Of a DNA stretch of 48,713 nt, positions 24,255-34,520 are shown one piece after another. A program made the position numbers and the translations under genes. The notes under the pieces are model-generated. The model did not search any database, had not been told where the DNA came from, and worked only from the letters and a program-made list of their open reading frames with translations. Location of the stretch: positions 1-48,713 of IMG/VR virus record IMGVR_UViG_3300016471_000749. One strand, given 5' to 3'. Positions within the stretch are counted from its first letter, which is position 1; the number at the start of each line of letters is the position of its first letter. Source of the stretch: a virus (lineage: Duplodnaviria; Caudoviricetes).

Positions 24255-24826
24255 TATCGATATCCTTTACTGGTTTCTTGCCAGATTTTTTCTTTACTCG
24301 CTCCCTTGAATCTTTCAATGGGTAGCATAGCTGCGGTTTTCCAATCATTAAAATCTATCTTAAGGAAATTAGTTTTTATATGATCATTTAGATAATGTTT
24401 AACGCATGCGGTTGCTGCTAAATACTTAGAGGAACTATTAAGCAATTCCCAGGATAAACGTATACGAGTTCTTTCAGGCGTATTTTGATTAATAACAATT
24501 TTATTAAGTTCACCTAGTAATTTAAATCTTGCAAGATATGGAAGATAATGTAAATTTATTCCAAGAAATCCGTCGGGCAACAAACTAAAGGGAAGAACAA
24601 GAGGTAGTGTATCATAGTAGGGCAATTTATCTTTATGTTTAGGATCATAGAGAAATAAGTACATCTGACCCGGCACTATAGTTTTAACTAATTTTTTATT
24701 TCTCATTAACTGATTGCCATAATTAGATGTTATACCTAGACCTTGCACTTGTTTTTGATACCATTGATAAGATTTTTGCTGATCACCAGCATTCATATTT
24801 ACTATCTGAAAAGCATCAGTAGTCAT
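24254..24826 (-). CDS. gp2: DNA end protector protein gp2
   Basis: PGQMYLFLYDPKHK.KLPYYD..PLV, GFLGINLHYL, CVKHYL. Confidence 0.92.
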   Translation of the reverse strand: MTTDAFQIVNMNAGDQQKSYQWYQKQVQGLGITSNYGNQLMRNKKLVKTIVPGQMYLFLYDPKHKDKLPYYDTLPLVLPFSLLPDGFLGINLHYLPYLARFKLLGELNKIVINQNTPERTRIRLSWELLNSSSKYLAATACVKHYLNDHIKTNFLKIDFNDWKTAAMLPIERFKGASKEKIWQETSKGYR

Positions 24827-25274
24827 TTTTGATCCCTAAATCTTTTTCGGTTAAGATAATAAATTTCATATTCCTATCTTCGCAAAATTCAAAAGCTGCC
24901 TTCCATTTTGCATCATTGACCCCGTATTGAAATACTTCATCTATAAATTTTTTAGTTCTTTTCTGCGGTATTTGGGGTGGTCGTGTAAATCTCTCGGGCT
25001 TTATTTCCACTAGATATTTTTGCATTTCTCCAGTTTTAGATTTAATTTTTATATAAAAATCTACAAAATATCTATGAACTTTTTTATCTAGCGGGGAGAT
25101 ATACGGCACTATAACTGTTTCAGACCCCCATTCTTGCACTGACAAATTTTGATCGCACCATTTCATGAACCTAAGTTCCCAAAGTGATCGATACACTATG
25201 TTAGTTATATCGCCTCTGTATTTTGCAGGATTGTTCGGTCTAAACTTTCCTTTATAGGTTTTGGTATATGTCAT
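24816..25274 (-). CDS. gp4: head completion nuclease gp4
   Basis: YKGKF.P.NP.KY.GD..NIVYRSLWE, W.SE, HRYFVDF, EIKP, N.AKWKAA. Confidence 0.95.
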   Translation of the reverse strand: MTYTKTYKGKFRPNNPAKYRGDITNIVYRSLWELRFMKWCDQNLSVQEWGSETVIVPYISPLDKKVHRYFVDFYIKIKSKTGEMQKYLVEIKPERFTRPPQIPQKRTKKFIDEVFQYGVNDAKWKAAFEFCEDRNMKFIILTEKDLGIKNDY

Positions 25275-25279
25275 TTGGT

Positions 25280-25287
25280 TATAAATA
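25280..25287 (+). promoter_or_regulatory. T4 late promoter (for the gp48 operon)
   Basis: Exact TATAAATA. Confidence 0.75.
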
Positions 25288-25302
25288 TTGTATATTCCTC
25301 AT

Positions 25303-25311
25303 TATTTATTA
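25303..25311 (-). promoter_or_regulatory. late-promoter-like motif (for the gp4 operon)
   Basis: TAATAAATA on the minus strand, about 30 nt upstream of the gp4 ATG. Confidence 0.65.
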
Positions 25312-25316
25312 AGAAA

Positions 25317-26426
25317 ATGTCAACTACCGATACCCGCCAAAAAGATCTTTTAGAAAAAGAAACGGTTAAGAAATCTGGAAGATTTTATAATCAAAAACGA
25401 GGTGACTTCAATATTGGTACTTATGAATATCCAGAAGATCTGAGAACCCGAGAGGATCTTAAACATTACATAGTATTTTACATTAATGTTCGAGAAAACT
25501 CAGATTTAAAATTTGAGGAAACTAAAAAAAATGTGGGAGTTCAAGATTCTCCTATCCAAAAAGATAGGAAATATGCACTAGCGACCGAAGATGTGCAAGA
25601 AGCCAAAGATATTGTAGTAAATAACTTAGGATTTTTAGGAGGTATTGCAGGATTTCTATCAGGCAAAGGTTTAGGTAGTAGATTAGCAGCAGCCCTGGGT
25701 GGAGCAGGCGCGGGGGAATTAACTAAGTTAGCTATACAAAATTTAGAAAAAGGTACCGCGGGATTCAAACCCGCGAAGAGTGTCAGATTAAAAGAAGTTA
25801 TCACCCTGCATATAGAAGAAAGCCCAAGCGTTAGATATGGAGTAAACTATACTGAAACCGACATGGGCACTTTAACTGGACTTTTAATTCAAGGATCGGC
25901 AGCAGAAACGGGAACAATGACTGATTTTGCTAAAGAAGCAGGATCTAGATTGATTGCAGAAATGTTTAGATTACCTAATTTGGGATCTCAAAGAGGCACA
26001 TTATCCGATCTAAGGAATTTAGGAACTAGATCTAAAACTAATCCTTTCAGAGAAGTATTATTCGAATCTGTAGATTATAGAACTTTTACATTTAGATATA
26101 GATTTTTTCCTAAAAGTGAAAATGAAAGTGATAGAATAAAAAATATTTTAGATTTATTTAAAAAACATATGCATCCCGAACTATCAAGTCAAAAATTATT
26201 CTACATCTATCCCTCAGAATTTGAAATTTCATACTATTATCAGGGCAAAGAAAATGAATATCTGCATAAGTTTGCTCCCTGTGTTTTACAGAATATGGAT
26301 GTACAATATGGTGGAGATCAATTTGCGACCTTTGACAATGGTGCACCGGTTGAAATAACTGCAGCATTGACTTTTAGAGAAGTGGAACAAGTAACTTATG
26401 AGGGGGTATCGAAAGATGGCTTATAA
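25317..26426 (+). CDS. gp48: baseplate tail tube cap gp48
   Basis: YP.DL, NPF.E.LF..V..RTF.F...F.PKS..E...I..I...FK..MHP, L.F.E.E. Confidence 0.85.
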   Translation: MSTTDTRQKDLLEKETVKKSGRFYNQKRGDFNIGTYEYPEDLRTREDLKHYIVFYINVRENSDLKFEETKKNVGVQDSPIQKDRKYALATEDVQEAKDIVVNNLGFLGGIAGFLSGKGLGSRLAAALGGAGAGELTKLAIQNLEKGTAGFKPAKSVRLKEVITLHIEESPSVRYGVNYTETDMGTLTGLLIQGSAAETGTMTDFAKEAGSRLIAEMFRLPNLGSQRGTLSDLRNLGTRSKTNPFREVLFESVDYRTFTFRYRFFPKSENESDRIKNILDLFKKHMHPELSSQKLFYIYPSEFEISYYYQGKENEYLHKFAPCVLQNMDVQYGGDQFATFDNGAPVEITAALTFREVEQVTYEGVSKDGL

Positions 26427-27024
26427 GTTATTTGAAGATTTCCCACTCATAGCATATACATTAGATAACTATTCTTCAGAACAAGTTGTAACTGATATTT
26501 TTAGAAGAGTAATACTAAGTAAAGAATTTAGTGAAACTTCCGCATTTTTTGAAGAATATGAAGTTTTGCACGGAGAGACGCCGGAAGAAGTTTCTTATAG
26601 ATTTTATGGTACAACGGAATTACATTGGTTAATTTTAATGGTTAATGATATTGTTGATCCTAGATTCGAATGGCCATCTTCTCAAGAAAACTTGTTAGAA
26701 GACATCGAAACTAGATATGGCGGGGAGGATAGTATTTTCACCAATAAAAATGCTTTGGATAAAAAAGGATATCAAGTAGAAACCTTTTTTCTATTGACAG
26801 AGGATTCCACCCATAAAAACCCAAAAAGATTAACAACACAAACAGACCCCGAAAATTTTACGAAGCAGCCTATATCTTATATGAATTCCAACACAATAAC
26901 TTCGTTTCAAACCAATTATGATATTGAAGAAATTAGAAACGAAAAGAATAGAAATATTAGAATCATCAAAGCAGAAATTATAGATGAGATTGTGACAAAC
27001 TATAAAAATTTAATTAAACAGTAA
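26416..27024 (+). CDS. gp53: baseplate wedge protein gp53
   Basis: F..FP.I.Y, DIFRRV, GETPE..S...YG....HWLIL..N.I.DP..EWP, NE..R.I. Confidence 0.9.
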   Translation: MAYKLFEDFPLIAYTLDNYSSEQVVTDIFRRVILSKEFSETSAFFEEYEVLHGETPEEVSYRFYGTTELHWLILMVNDIVDPRFEWPSSQENLLEDIETRYGGEDSIFTNKNALDKKGYQVETFFLLTEDSTHKNPKRLTTQTDPENFTKQPISYMNSNTITSFQTNYDIEEIRNEKNRNIRIIKAEIIDEIVTNYKNLIKQ

Positions 27025-28376
27025 TGAAAGAATCTTATCAGTCCCCCGGTGACATATCAATTAAACAAATATATTTAATTTCGCCCAATAAAAATAAATT
27101 TGTTAGTTTGATAGATTACTTAGTGGAAATGAATATATACGAAAGTATATTTTCTTCAACTATTTCTGGTAATATAGTTTTATCTGATAATAGAAACCTA
27201 ATTCGAGATTTCCCAATCTTAGGTGAAGAAATACTATTAGTAGAATTAAAAACTCCTACATTCACAGACGAGCTTTCAATTTATAGGGCATTTAGAGTTT
27301 TTTCGCTAGGTGACAAAAATTTCGTGCGAGATGGAAATTCTCTAGTATATAAGTTAGATTTTTGTTCCCAAGAATCTTTTGTTAATTCTTTAACTAAATT
27401 ATATGGATTATATGAGGGCAAACCTGATCAGATAATATCTCAAATCTTTACAGAATATTTAAAGTTAGAACGAGTATTTAGCGTAAATGAAGTTGGAGAA
27501 AAAATGGATGCTAAAACTCAAATACAGGAAACCAATTTAACTATTTTATCTAAACCAACGAATTCTTTAAAATTCGTTATCCCGGGTTGGAGTCCTTTAA
27601 AATCCATAAATTGGATTTGTAGTAAATCGCAAGCTGCTAATTCTAAATCTTGTAACTTTTTATTTTGGGAAACAACGAAGGGATTTTATTTTTCTTCAAC
27701 TGATATAATTTTTGATTCTTTGAATAACGTTACAATAGGAAAATACTCACTGACAGCTTCTCTACCAGGATCAAAAGATGGGGATAAATTGGGAATTTTC
27801 ACTATAAAAAATATAGTAAATAAAACAGTGTTTAATCAGTTAAATAACGTATTGTCTGGATATTTAGCAAGCAGGGTAATAGATGTAAACTTATATAACA
27901 AAACTTTTGAGAACTATGATTATGACCATGGATTAAATTATTACAAATATGCTCATACTGAACAGGTTAATAGTTTACCTTTTTTTGATCCTTTTATTGC
28001 GAGAAATCCTGAAGTATACAAAGTAGTAAATTACAACTATCCAAAATTATACAATAATTCCGAAGGTAATTTTACTGAAAAAAATAAGTTTATTTTTGGC
28101 AATAGAAGATCCAATCTATTAGAATTAACTAACTTTGATATGGAAATAGTTATACCTGGCAGGACAGATATAGAAGCCGGCAACTTAATTTATTTGAATC
28201 TTCCTTCGGGCAAACCCCCCTCCCCGAAAGATAAAACTAAAAATTTAAAAGATGAACTATTTTCTGGATATTATCTAATAACAACACTTAATCATAAGAT
28301 CAATAGATTGACACATTATACTACTATGACGGTTTCGAAAGATAGTTATTCTAAAGAGTATTACGATGCAAGATAA
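27024..28376 (+). CDS. putative baseplate hub protein (gp27-like)
   Basis: IYESIF....SG, P.LGEE, F.F.ET..G..F, PG......G, SG.YLIT...H; lies between gp53 and gp5. Confidence 0.65.
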   Translation: MKESYQSPGDISIKQIYLISPNKNKFVSLIDYLVEMNIYESIFSSTISGNIVLSDNRNLIRDFPILGEEILLVELKTPTFTDELSIYRAFRVFSLGDKNFVRDGNSLVYKLDFCSQESFVNSLTKLYGLYEGKPDQIISQIFTEYLKLERVFSVNEVGEKMDAKTQIQETNLTILSKPTNSLKFVIPGWSPLKSINWICSKSQAANSKSCNFLFWETTKGFYFSSTDIIFDSLNNVTIGKYSLTASLPGSKDGDKLGIFTIKNIVNKTVFNQLNNVLSGYLASRVIDVNLYNKTFENYDYDHGLNYYKYAHTEQVNSLPFFDPFIARNPEVYKVVNYNYPKLYNNSEGNFTEKNKFIFGNRRSNLLELTNFDMEIVIPGRTDIEAGNLIYLNLPSGKPPSPKDKTKNLKDELFSGYYLITTLNHKINRLTHYTTMTVSKDSYSKEYYDAR

Positions 28377-30900
28377 AAATGTTATATGGTGGACAGGCGT
28401 AGTTGAGGACAGAAACGATCCAGAAAAACTTGGTCGTTGTCGAGTTAGAATTTTTGGTTATCATACTGAAAATTTAGGTCTCCTTCCCACCGAAGATCTC
28501 CCTTGGGCCCTGCCTTTACAATCAGTCACTTCCGCAGCTTCATCCGGAGTGGGTAGTACTCCGGTGGGAATTGTTCCCGGAACTTGGGTGGTAGGTTGGT
28601 TTTTAGATGGAGATAATGCTCAACAGCCTTTAATTGTAGGCACCTTAGCAGGAAAACCAGAAACAAATACTCAAACCAAATCTGCTATACAACAAGAAAA
28701 ATCTATAAACAATCTAGTTAGGGATAGTAGAGATAATATTGTATATGATGAAAATGGTATACCTATACAAATCGATACTAGAACAAAAAGTCAAAAAGAA
28801 TTGATTGCTGCTTTAGCTCCAAGAGAAGTAGATACTTTGTTGAATACCATATCTTCAGAATTGTCTGCGAATGATATCACTAAAATAGGCAAAAATAACG
28901 AATTAGGAAAATATCAATTTACTGTAGAAAGATTGATAGAATTAGGATATATTAAAAAGCCATTGGGAGAAACGATATATCCTGCTATTATAAATGATCC
29001 CGAATATTGGACCGGCAAAGACAATATAAAAAATAAAGAGGAATTTTTAAATAATTCCGTATTACAAGATTCTATAATGTTAAACTCTACCTTAGATAGT
29101 TATAAAACATTACTAAGATTAGGTAAAATTACAGAAAAAGATAAAAGTTATACTGTGGCAGGATTACTTTTTACTTCGCATCTATTTGGTGCAAAAAATT
29201 CTGATAAGTTAGAAAAAAAGGATCTTCAGGGTGTTAAAGCTAAAGATTATTTTATAAAGGGGAATTCCGCACTTGGGGGTGAAGAAATAGATTTTATTAA
29301 GGTATTTGAAGATAGGCAAACATATCTACCCGAAGAACAAAATAATGATGAGATTAATTCCAGAACAGGATTTTCTGATCCCGACAAAAAATATCCAAAA
29401 TATGAATATGCAGGATTATCAGACATAAACAAATTAGCAGTAGGAAATAATAATCATACTTATTTTAAAATAAAAGAAAATAATAGAATAGAAAAAATAC
29501 CTTTAGCTAAAAGTAATTCTAAATGGGACGAACCCGAGTCTGCTTTTTCCTCAGTATATCCATTTAATCAAGTATTTGAAACTGAAGCTGGGCATGTTAT
29601 AGAATTAGATAGTACACCAAATGCTGAAAGAATACACGTATTTCATAAAAAAGGTACCTATATAGAGATAGATGTCAATGGTTCTATGGTTAGAAAGGTA
29701 ATTGGAGACAACTATGAGATTGTTGATAGAAATAACTTTGTTTATGTTAAAGGGGCAAACAATCTAACAGTTGAAGGTAAAACGAGTATATTAGTAAAGG
29801 ATGATGCTGTTATAGAAGTCGACGGCAATTTATCAGTAACAGGACATGGTGACACTACAGTAAAAAGTGCAACTACTGTGGGTGTTGTTTCTAAAAATGT
29901 TATAGTCTCAGCAAAAGAAAATTTAGATTTATCCTGCTCAGGATCAGTTAATATACAAGGTAAGGATATCAATCTATATGCCAAAGGGGGATCGTTGGGC
30001 GTTAAATCTGATAATGATTTATCTATGCAATCGGGATCCTCAGGAACATTTAGTATAAAGGGAGGTATACAACTCCTATTAGATGCAATTTTAGTAAAGA
30101 CTAAAATGGGTGCTAATACTATACGAGGATTAAATCTGCCTCAAGTAGATCCTCCTGAAGTCAGGAATCCCGATAAATCTATTATACCTCCTCTTAAAAG
30201 AACTATAGTTAGAGAGGATATTTTCCTCTTTGATTCTGAGGAGGAAGGATCGCAACAATATAAACAATCCCAAATTGACGCAGGTAAAATTAATGATAAT
30301 ATTGTACCCAAAGAAGGTGAGTCCACCCCTACAGTTAGATCATTTGGAGAAGTGCGATCTACAGTTATACCCGTTGATCCGGGATGCGAGGATTTATTGA
30401 GTTATAATTCCTTTCCTAGATCTTTTAAGTTATCTAAGTATTTCACATTAGGCAATTTATTGATCGGCAATCGAGGATCTTCCCTGGTTGCGCAAAAAGG
30501 ATTAACTGAGTTAGACATCGTATGCAATCTTAGAAAAATTGCTATAAACTGCCTAGATCCAATAAAAGAAAAATATAAGGACATGATAGTTACTAGTGGA
30601 TTTAGGATAGGAGGAGAAGATAGCGAACATAATATAGGAGCGGCGGTAGACTTACAGTTTATTAGAACAGATTTTTCTGAATATATAGAAATCGCTAAAT
30701 GGATACAATCTAATGTTCCCTATAGACAACTTTTGTTAGAATATAGATTTAATAATTCCAGCAGCAAGTTAGAAGCAACTTGGATTCATATATCATTACA
30801 AATTCAAAATTCTAACATAGTGCCTAGCAACAGATCTCCTATTGCCACAATAAAGAACCATAGCATTTATGCTTCAAATAAATTTGTAAATTTAGCATAA
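28366..30900 (+). CDS. gp5: baseplate central spike gp5: OB fold, lysozyme-like insert, beta-helix and C-terminal M15 peptidase
   Basis: W.GVVEDRNDP.KLGRCRVR..GYH, YP.N.V.ETE.GH..E.D.TP..ERI...H..G; C-terminal SGFR...SEH..GAAVD...WIHIS. Confidence 0.92.
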   Translation: MQDKNVIWWTGVVEDRNDPEKLGRCRVRIFGYHTENLGLLPTEDLPWALPLQSVTSAASSGVGSTPVGIVPGTWVVGWFLDGDNAQQPLIVGTLAGKPETNTQTKSAIQQEKSINNLVRDSRDNIVYDENGIPIQIDTRTKSQKELIAALAPREVDTLLNTISSELSANDITKIGKNNELGKYQFTVERLIELGYIKKPLGETIYPAIINDPEYWTGKDNIKNKEEFLNNSVLQDSIMLNSTLDSYKTLLRLGKITEKDKSYTVAGLLFTSHLFGAKNSDKLEKKDLQGVKAKDYFIKGNSALGGEEIDFIKVFEDRQTYLPEEQNNDEINSRTGFSDPDKKYPKYEYAGLSDINKLAVGNNNHTYFKIKENNRIEKIPLAKSNSKWDEPESAFSSVYPFNQVFETEAGHVIELDSTPNAERIHVFHKKGTYIEIDVNGSMVRKVIGDNYEIVDRNNFVYVKGANNLTVEGKTSILVKDDAVIEVDGNLSVTGHGDTTVKSATTVGVVSKNVIVSAKENLDLSCSGSVNIQGKDINLYAKGGSLGVKSDNDLSMQSGSSGTFSIKGGIQLLLDAILVKTKMGANTIRGLNLPQVDPPEVRNPDKSIIPPLKRTIVREDIFLFDSEEEGSQQYKQSQIDAGKINDNIVPKEGESTPTVRSFGEVRSTVIPVDPGCEDLLSYNSFPRSFKLSKYFTLGNLLIGNRGSSLVAQKGLTELDIVCNLRKIAINCLDPIKEKYKDMIVTSGFRIGGEDSEHNIGAAVDLQFIRTDFSEYIEIAKWIQSNVPYRQLLLEYRFNNSSSKLEATWIHISLQIQNSNIVPSNRSPIATIKNHSIYASNKFVNLA

Positions 30901-30906
30901 TAAATA
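30898..30906 (+). promoter_or_regulatory. late-promoter-like motif upstream of gp25
   Basis: TAATAAATA, 5 nt before the ATG. Confidence 0.55.
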
Positions 30907-30911
30907 ATTAA

Positions 30912-31310
30912 ATGGCTACTATTAAAAATACTAGAACCTTCACAGATTTAGATCTATCGTTTAGGATAAATCCTTTTACTAGAGATCTTTATCGAAAAAC
31001 AGATGAAGAGGCAGTTAAAACTGCGTTGAAGCACCTTTTACTAACTAAAAATTTTGAAAGACCCTTCCACCCAGAAATAGGCACACAGATACATTCCTTA
31101 TTATTTGAATTATTTTCTCCGGCAGTAAAACTTGCCATGGAAAGGACTATACGAGATGCCATAGAAAAATTTGAACCAAGGGTTAGATTGATTGATGTTG
31201 CTGTACAAGAGACAGAAGATTCTAATGATTTGCGGGTAAACATAGTATTCGCATTGAGAAATATAGATGCACCTATAACACTCACAACTTTACTAAGTAG
31301 AGTACGATAA
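30912..31310 (+). CDS. gp25: baseplate wedge subunit gp25
   Basis: DLDLSF..NP, ERPFHPEIG, LFE, FEPRV. Confidence 0.93.
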   Translation: MATIKNTRTFTDLDLSFRINPFTRDLYRKTDEEAVKTALKHLLLTKNFERPFHPEIGTQIHSLLFELFSPAVKLAMERTIRDAIEKFEPRVRLIDVAVQETEDSNDLRVNIVFALRNIDAPITLTTLLSRVR

Positions 31311-33157
31311 TGGCAAATTACAGAGTAACCGAATTAGATTTTGATGCTATCAAGAATAATTTAAAAACATTCTTGACAAATTACAGGGATAAAAATAATA
31401 ATTTAGTTTTTTCAGATTATGATTTTGAGGCTTCGAGTATATCCATACTTTTAGATATACTCGCATATAATACTCATTACAATGCATACTTAGCTAGTAT
31501 GGTTGCAAATGAAATGTTTCTGGATTCTGCAGTGAAACGAGAATCTGCAGTATCTATTGCGAAACATCTGGGATACACTCCATTATCCTACAGAAGTGCT
31601 AAAGCTAAGGTTGACTTTGTAATCAACGATCCGGAAGGATCTCCCCCATTTATAACTTTACCGAGATATTCTCCATTTACTACTACTATAGAAGGTATAC
31701 AATATACCTTTGTTAATCTTGATTCTGTTACAATTCGACCATCCGGGGGGATTTATAGATTTACCGATATTACTATTGTTGAGGGGGAACCTTTATCCTA
31801 TACCTATAGAGTAGATATATCTGGTCCTTCAGAAAAGTATAGCATACCCAACAAAAACATAGACACATCTACTATACGAGTAAGAGTGCAAAATTCCTAT
31901 ACAGATTTAACCACATCCACATTTACTTTAGCTGAGGATTTCGCAGCAGTTACACCAAATTCAAAAGTATTTTTCTTAGAAGAAAATGCCTCAGGATTTT
32001 TTGAAATTTATTTTGGTGACGGAGTACTTGGGCAAAAACTATCTCCAGGTAATTTAGTGCTTATAGATTATTTAGTTAGTAATGGTTCAGTTTGTAATGT
32101 TTCCGGAGATATAACTCAAACTTTTATTTTAGGTAGACCTGTAGGGGGAGTAACTCTAAGTAGTCCAATAGTTGCTAAAGAAAATTCCACAGGCGGGGAT
32201 GAGGGAGATACGATAGATGAAATAAAATTTAAAGCTCCAAAATTTTTATCATCGTATAACAGAGCAGTTACTGCTGAAGATTATAAAGCAATCATAGAAG
32301 CAAACTTTCCGCTAGTAGAATCAATTTCAGTTTGGGGAGGTGAAGAAAACGATCCTCCCTTTTACGGCAAGGTCATGATTTCGTTAAAACCATATCTAGG
32401 TTATACTATTAACGATCTAATAAAAAATAGAATAAAAACTGAAATACTGGCATCCAAAAAAATGATGGCGATTATACCTGAGTTTATAGATCCAAATTAT
32501 CTCTATTTGAATTTAGATACTACAGTTAAGTTTAATCAGAGAAATTCTAAATATAATGCACAACAGATTCAAGTTTTAGTTAGAGCAGAAATAGAAAAAT
32601 ATTTCAGTCAAGAATTACAAAAATTTGATCGAGATTTCTTTTATTCAAAATTATCAAGAGCAATAGATTCTGTAGATCCAGCAATTGATGGAAATACTAC
32701 TCTTTTAAAATTGCAGAAAAGAATTTCTCCTTTGGTGAATACTAGATCGGGATACGCTGATAATGCATCCATTAAGTTTGTCAATAGTTTAATTTCTGGA
32801 ACAATACGATCAACTGGATTCTTTTATGAGGTAGATAATATAATCAAATCTGTATATATGAAAGATGTCTTGACCGAAGGAAGTACTAGTATTTTATCCA
32901 TATACGATTTCTTTACTAATAGCTTACTTGCTGAAAATGTAGGTACGGTAAATTATACTACCGGCATTGTTTCTATACCACTACTTTCTATAGCAGGATA
33001 TTTTGAAAATTCAGATGATATTAGAATATACGCAGAAACAAACAATTTGGATATAGTTGCAACGAAAGATGTTATTTTAGTTATAGACGATAGCACTCAA
33101 GATGTAAATCTAAAAAGAGATCCTGGATTAACTATAGACGTATTAACAAACTACTAA
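31310..33157 (+). CDS. gp6: baseplate wedge subunit gp6
   Basis: ELDFD.IK.NL, LLDILAYNTHYNA....M.ANE.FLDSA..R, FGDG..G, RAVTA.DY, WGGE. Confidence 0.95.
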   Translation: MANYRVTELDFDAIKNNLKTFLTNYRDKNNNLVFSDYDFEASSISILLDILAYNTHYNAYLASMVANEMFLDSAVKRESAVSIAKHLGYTPLSYRSAKAKVDFVINDPEGSPPFITLPRYSPFTTTIEGIQYTFVNLDSVTIRPSGGIYRFTDITIVEGEPLSYTYRVDISGPSEKYSIPNKNIDTSTIRVRVQNSYTDLTTSTFTLAEDFAAVTPNSKVFFLEENASGFFEIYFGDGVLGQKLSPGNLVLIDYLVSNGSVCNVSGDITQTFILGRPVGGVTLSSPIVAKENSTGGDEGDTIDEIKFKAPKFLSSYNRAVTAEDYKAIIEANFPLVESISVWGGEENDPPFYGKVMISLKPYLGYTINDLIKNRIKTEILASKKMMAIIPEFIDPNYLYLNLDTTVKFNQRNSKYNAQQIQVLVRAEIEKYFSQELQKFDRDFFYSKLSRAIDSVDPAIDGNTTLLKLQKRISPLVNTRSGYADNASIKFVNSLISGTIRSTGFFYEVDNIIKSVYMKDVLTEGSTSILSIYDFFTNSLLAENVGTVNYTTGIVSIPLLSIAGYFENSDDIRIYAETNNLDIVATKDVILVIDDSTQDVNLKRDPGLTIDVLTNY

Positions 33158-33158
33158 G

Positions 33159-34520
33159 ATGACATTTGCTACAGAACAATTAGGGTCTCTAAAGATATTT
33201 GGAATATCTAATAAAGGAGCTTTGGGTAATAGTCGGCAAGGATGGTTTTATCCTTTATACGTTACCCGAGGAGAAGCTATACAAGCAGATATAGATTCTG
33301 GGGGTAAGGGAATCTATAGAACACTGACCTTTGTTAAACGAGAGGGTGAATTTTATATACCCGACAGTAATAAAAATTTAGGCATAAACATTGATCCCGT
33401 AATTTATACTTTTTACGAAGGACCAGGAGCGGAAAATCCTTTTGCACGAATACAAAATAGATTATCAGTATTAGTACCAGATCAATTACCAGACTTTATA
33501 CAAACGGAATACGAAAACTTTGTAGTATTTTTAAAAGCTTACTATGAATTTTTAGAGCAGAATGATCAAGCACAGGAAATCTTGCAAGATATTACTAAGT
33601 ATTCTGACATAGATGAAACGACGGAAAATCTAATAGAAAAATTCTTTAAGAATTATGCGCAAGATATAACAGAAAATACTGCTGCAGATTCTAGATTTGT
33701 ACTTAAAAAAGCCAGAGAAATATATCAAAGAAAAGGTACAAGCGTAGCATACGATATCCTTTTTAATATATTATTCAAAGAGACAATAGATTTCTTTTAT
33801 CCTAATGAGTATATACTTAGAGCTTCTTCGGGTAAATGGAAAACACCATACGTACTTAGAGTACGACAAGATTTCCTCAATCAAAACATATATGATTTTG
33901 AGAATACCGAAATTGTAGGGGACAAATCTAAAGCTACTGCTATAGTAAATAAAGTTATAAAATTCTTTATATCTGATTTTGAAATTTATGAATTTTTATT
34001 AGATAGCAATAGTATAAAGGGAGAGTTTTTACCTGAAGAAAGCATTTCTGCAGTAAAGAGAATTTCTTTTGAGAATGAAACTGTTCTAGTAAATCTTAAT
34101 GCCAGAACTTATCCGATAATCAATAGAGTAGATATTTTAGATGGTTCTTTGGGATATGAGGAAGGAGCAAGTATAACTTTTTCTGATTCCAATGGAAAGG
34201 GTGCAGTTGCAAGAGTAGATGGTACTAATTCATATGGATCGATAACTAGTATCAACATAATCGAACCTGGAGTAAATTATTCAAATAATACCATAGCTAG
34301 TGCGGGGCTACCCACAAAAACTTTATATGGTAGATATTCTATAACTAGAGGTGCCGTTACTTTGATATTCCCAAATCAACATGGTATGTCGATAGGGGAT
34401 AGAATATCCGTTAGATATACAGGAAATGTGTTTAGTCCTGTAGATAATACTACACATAATGCAGTAGTAGTATCTGTACCAAATACAAAAACTATACGAT
34501 ATAGATATCCGGGCTTTTAA
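33159..34520 (+). CDS. baseplate wedge protein, gp7-like N-terminal part
   Basis: QLPDF...EY..FV.FLKAYYEFLE, Y..KGT......LF.ILF, R.S.GKW; follows gp6. Confidence 0.7.
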   Translation: MTFATEQLGSLKIFGISNKGALGNSRQGWFYPLYVTRGEAIQADIDSGGKGIYRTLTFVKREGEFYIPDSNKNLGINIDPVIYTFYEGPGAENPFARIQNRLSVLVPDQLPDFIQTEYENFVVFLKAYYEFLEQNDQAQEILQDITKYSDIDETTENLIEKFFKNYAQDITENTAADSRFVLKKAREIYQRKGTSVAYDILFNILFKETIDFFYPNEYILRASSGKWKTPYVLRVRQDFLNQNIYDFENTEIVGDKSKATAIVNKVIKFFISDFEIYEFLLDSNSIKGEFLPEESISAVKRISFENETVLVNLNARTYPIINRVDILDGSLGYEEGASITFSDSNGKGAVARVDGTNSYGSITSINIIEPGVNYSNNTIASAGLPTKTLYGRYSITRGAVTLIFPNQHGMSIGDRISVRYTGNVFSPVDNTTHNAVVVSVPNTKTIRYRYPGF

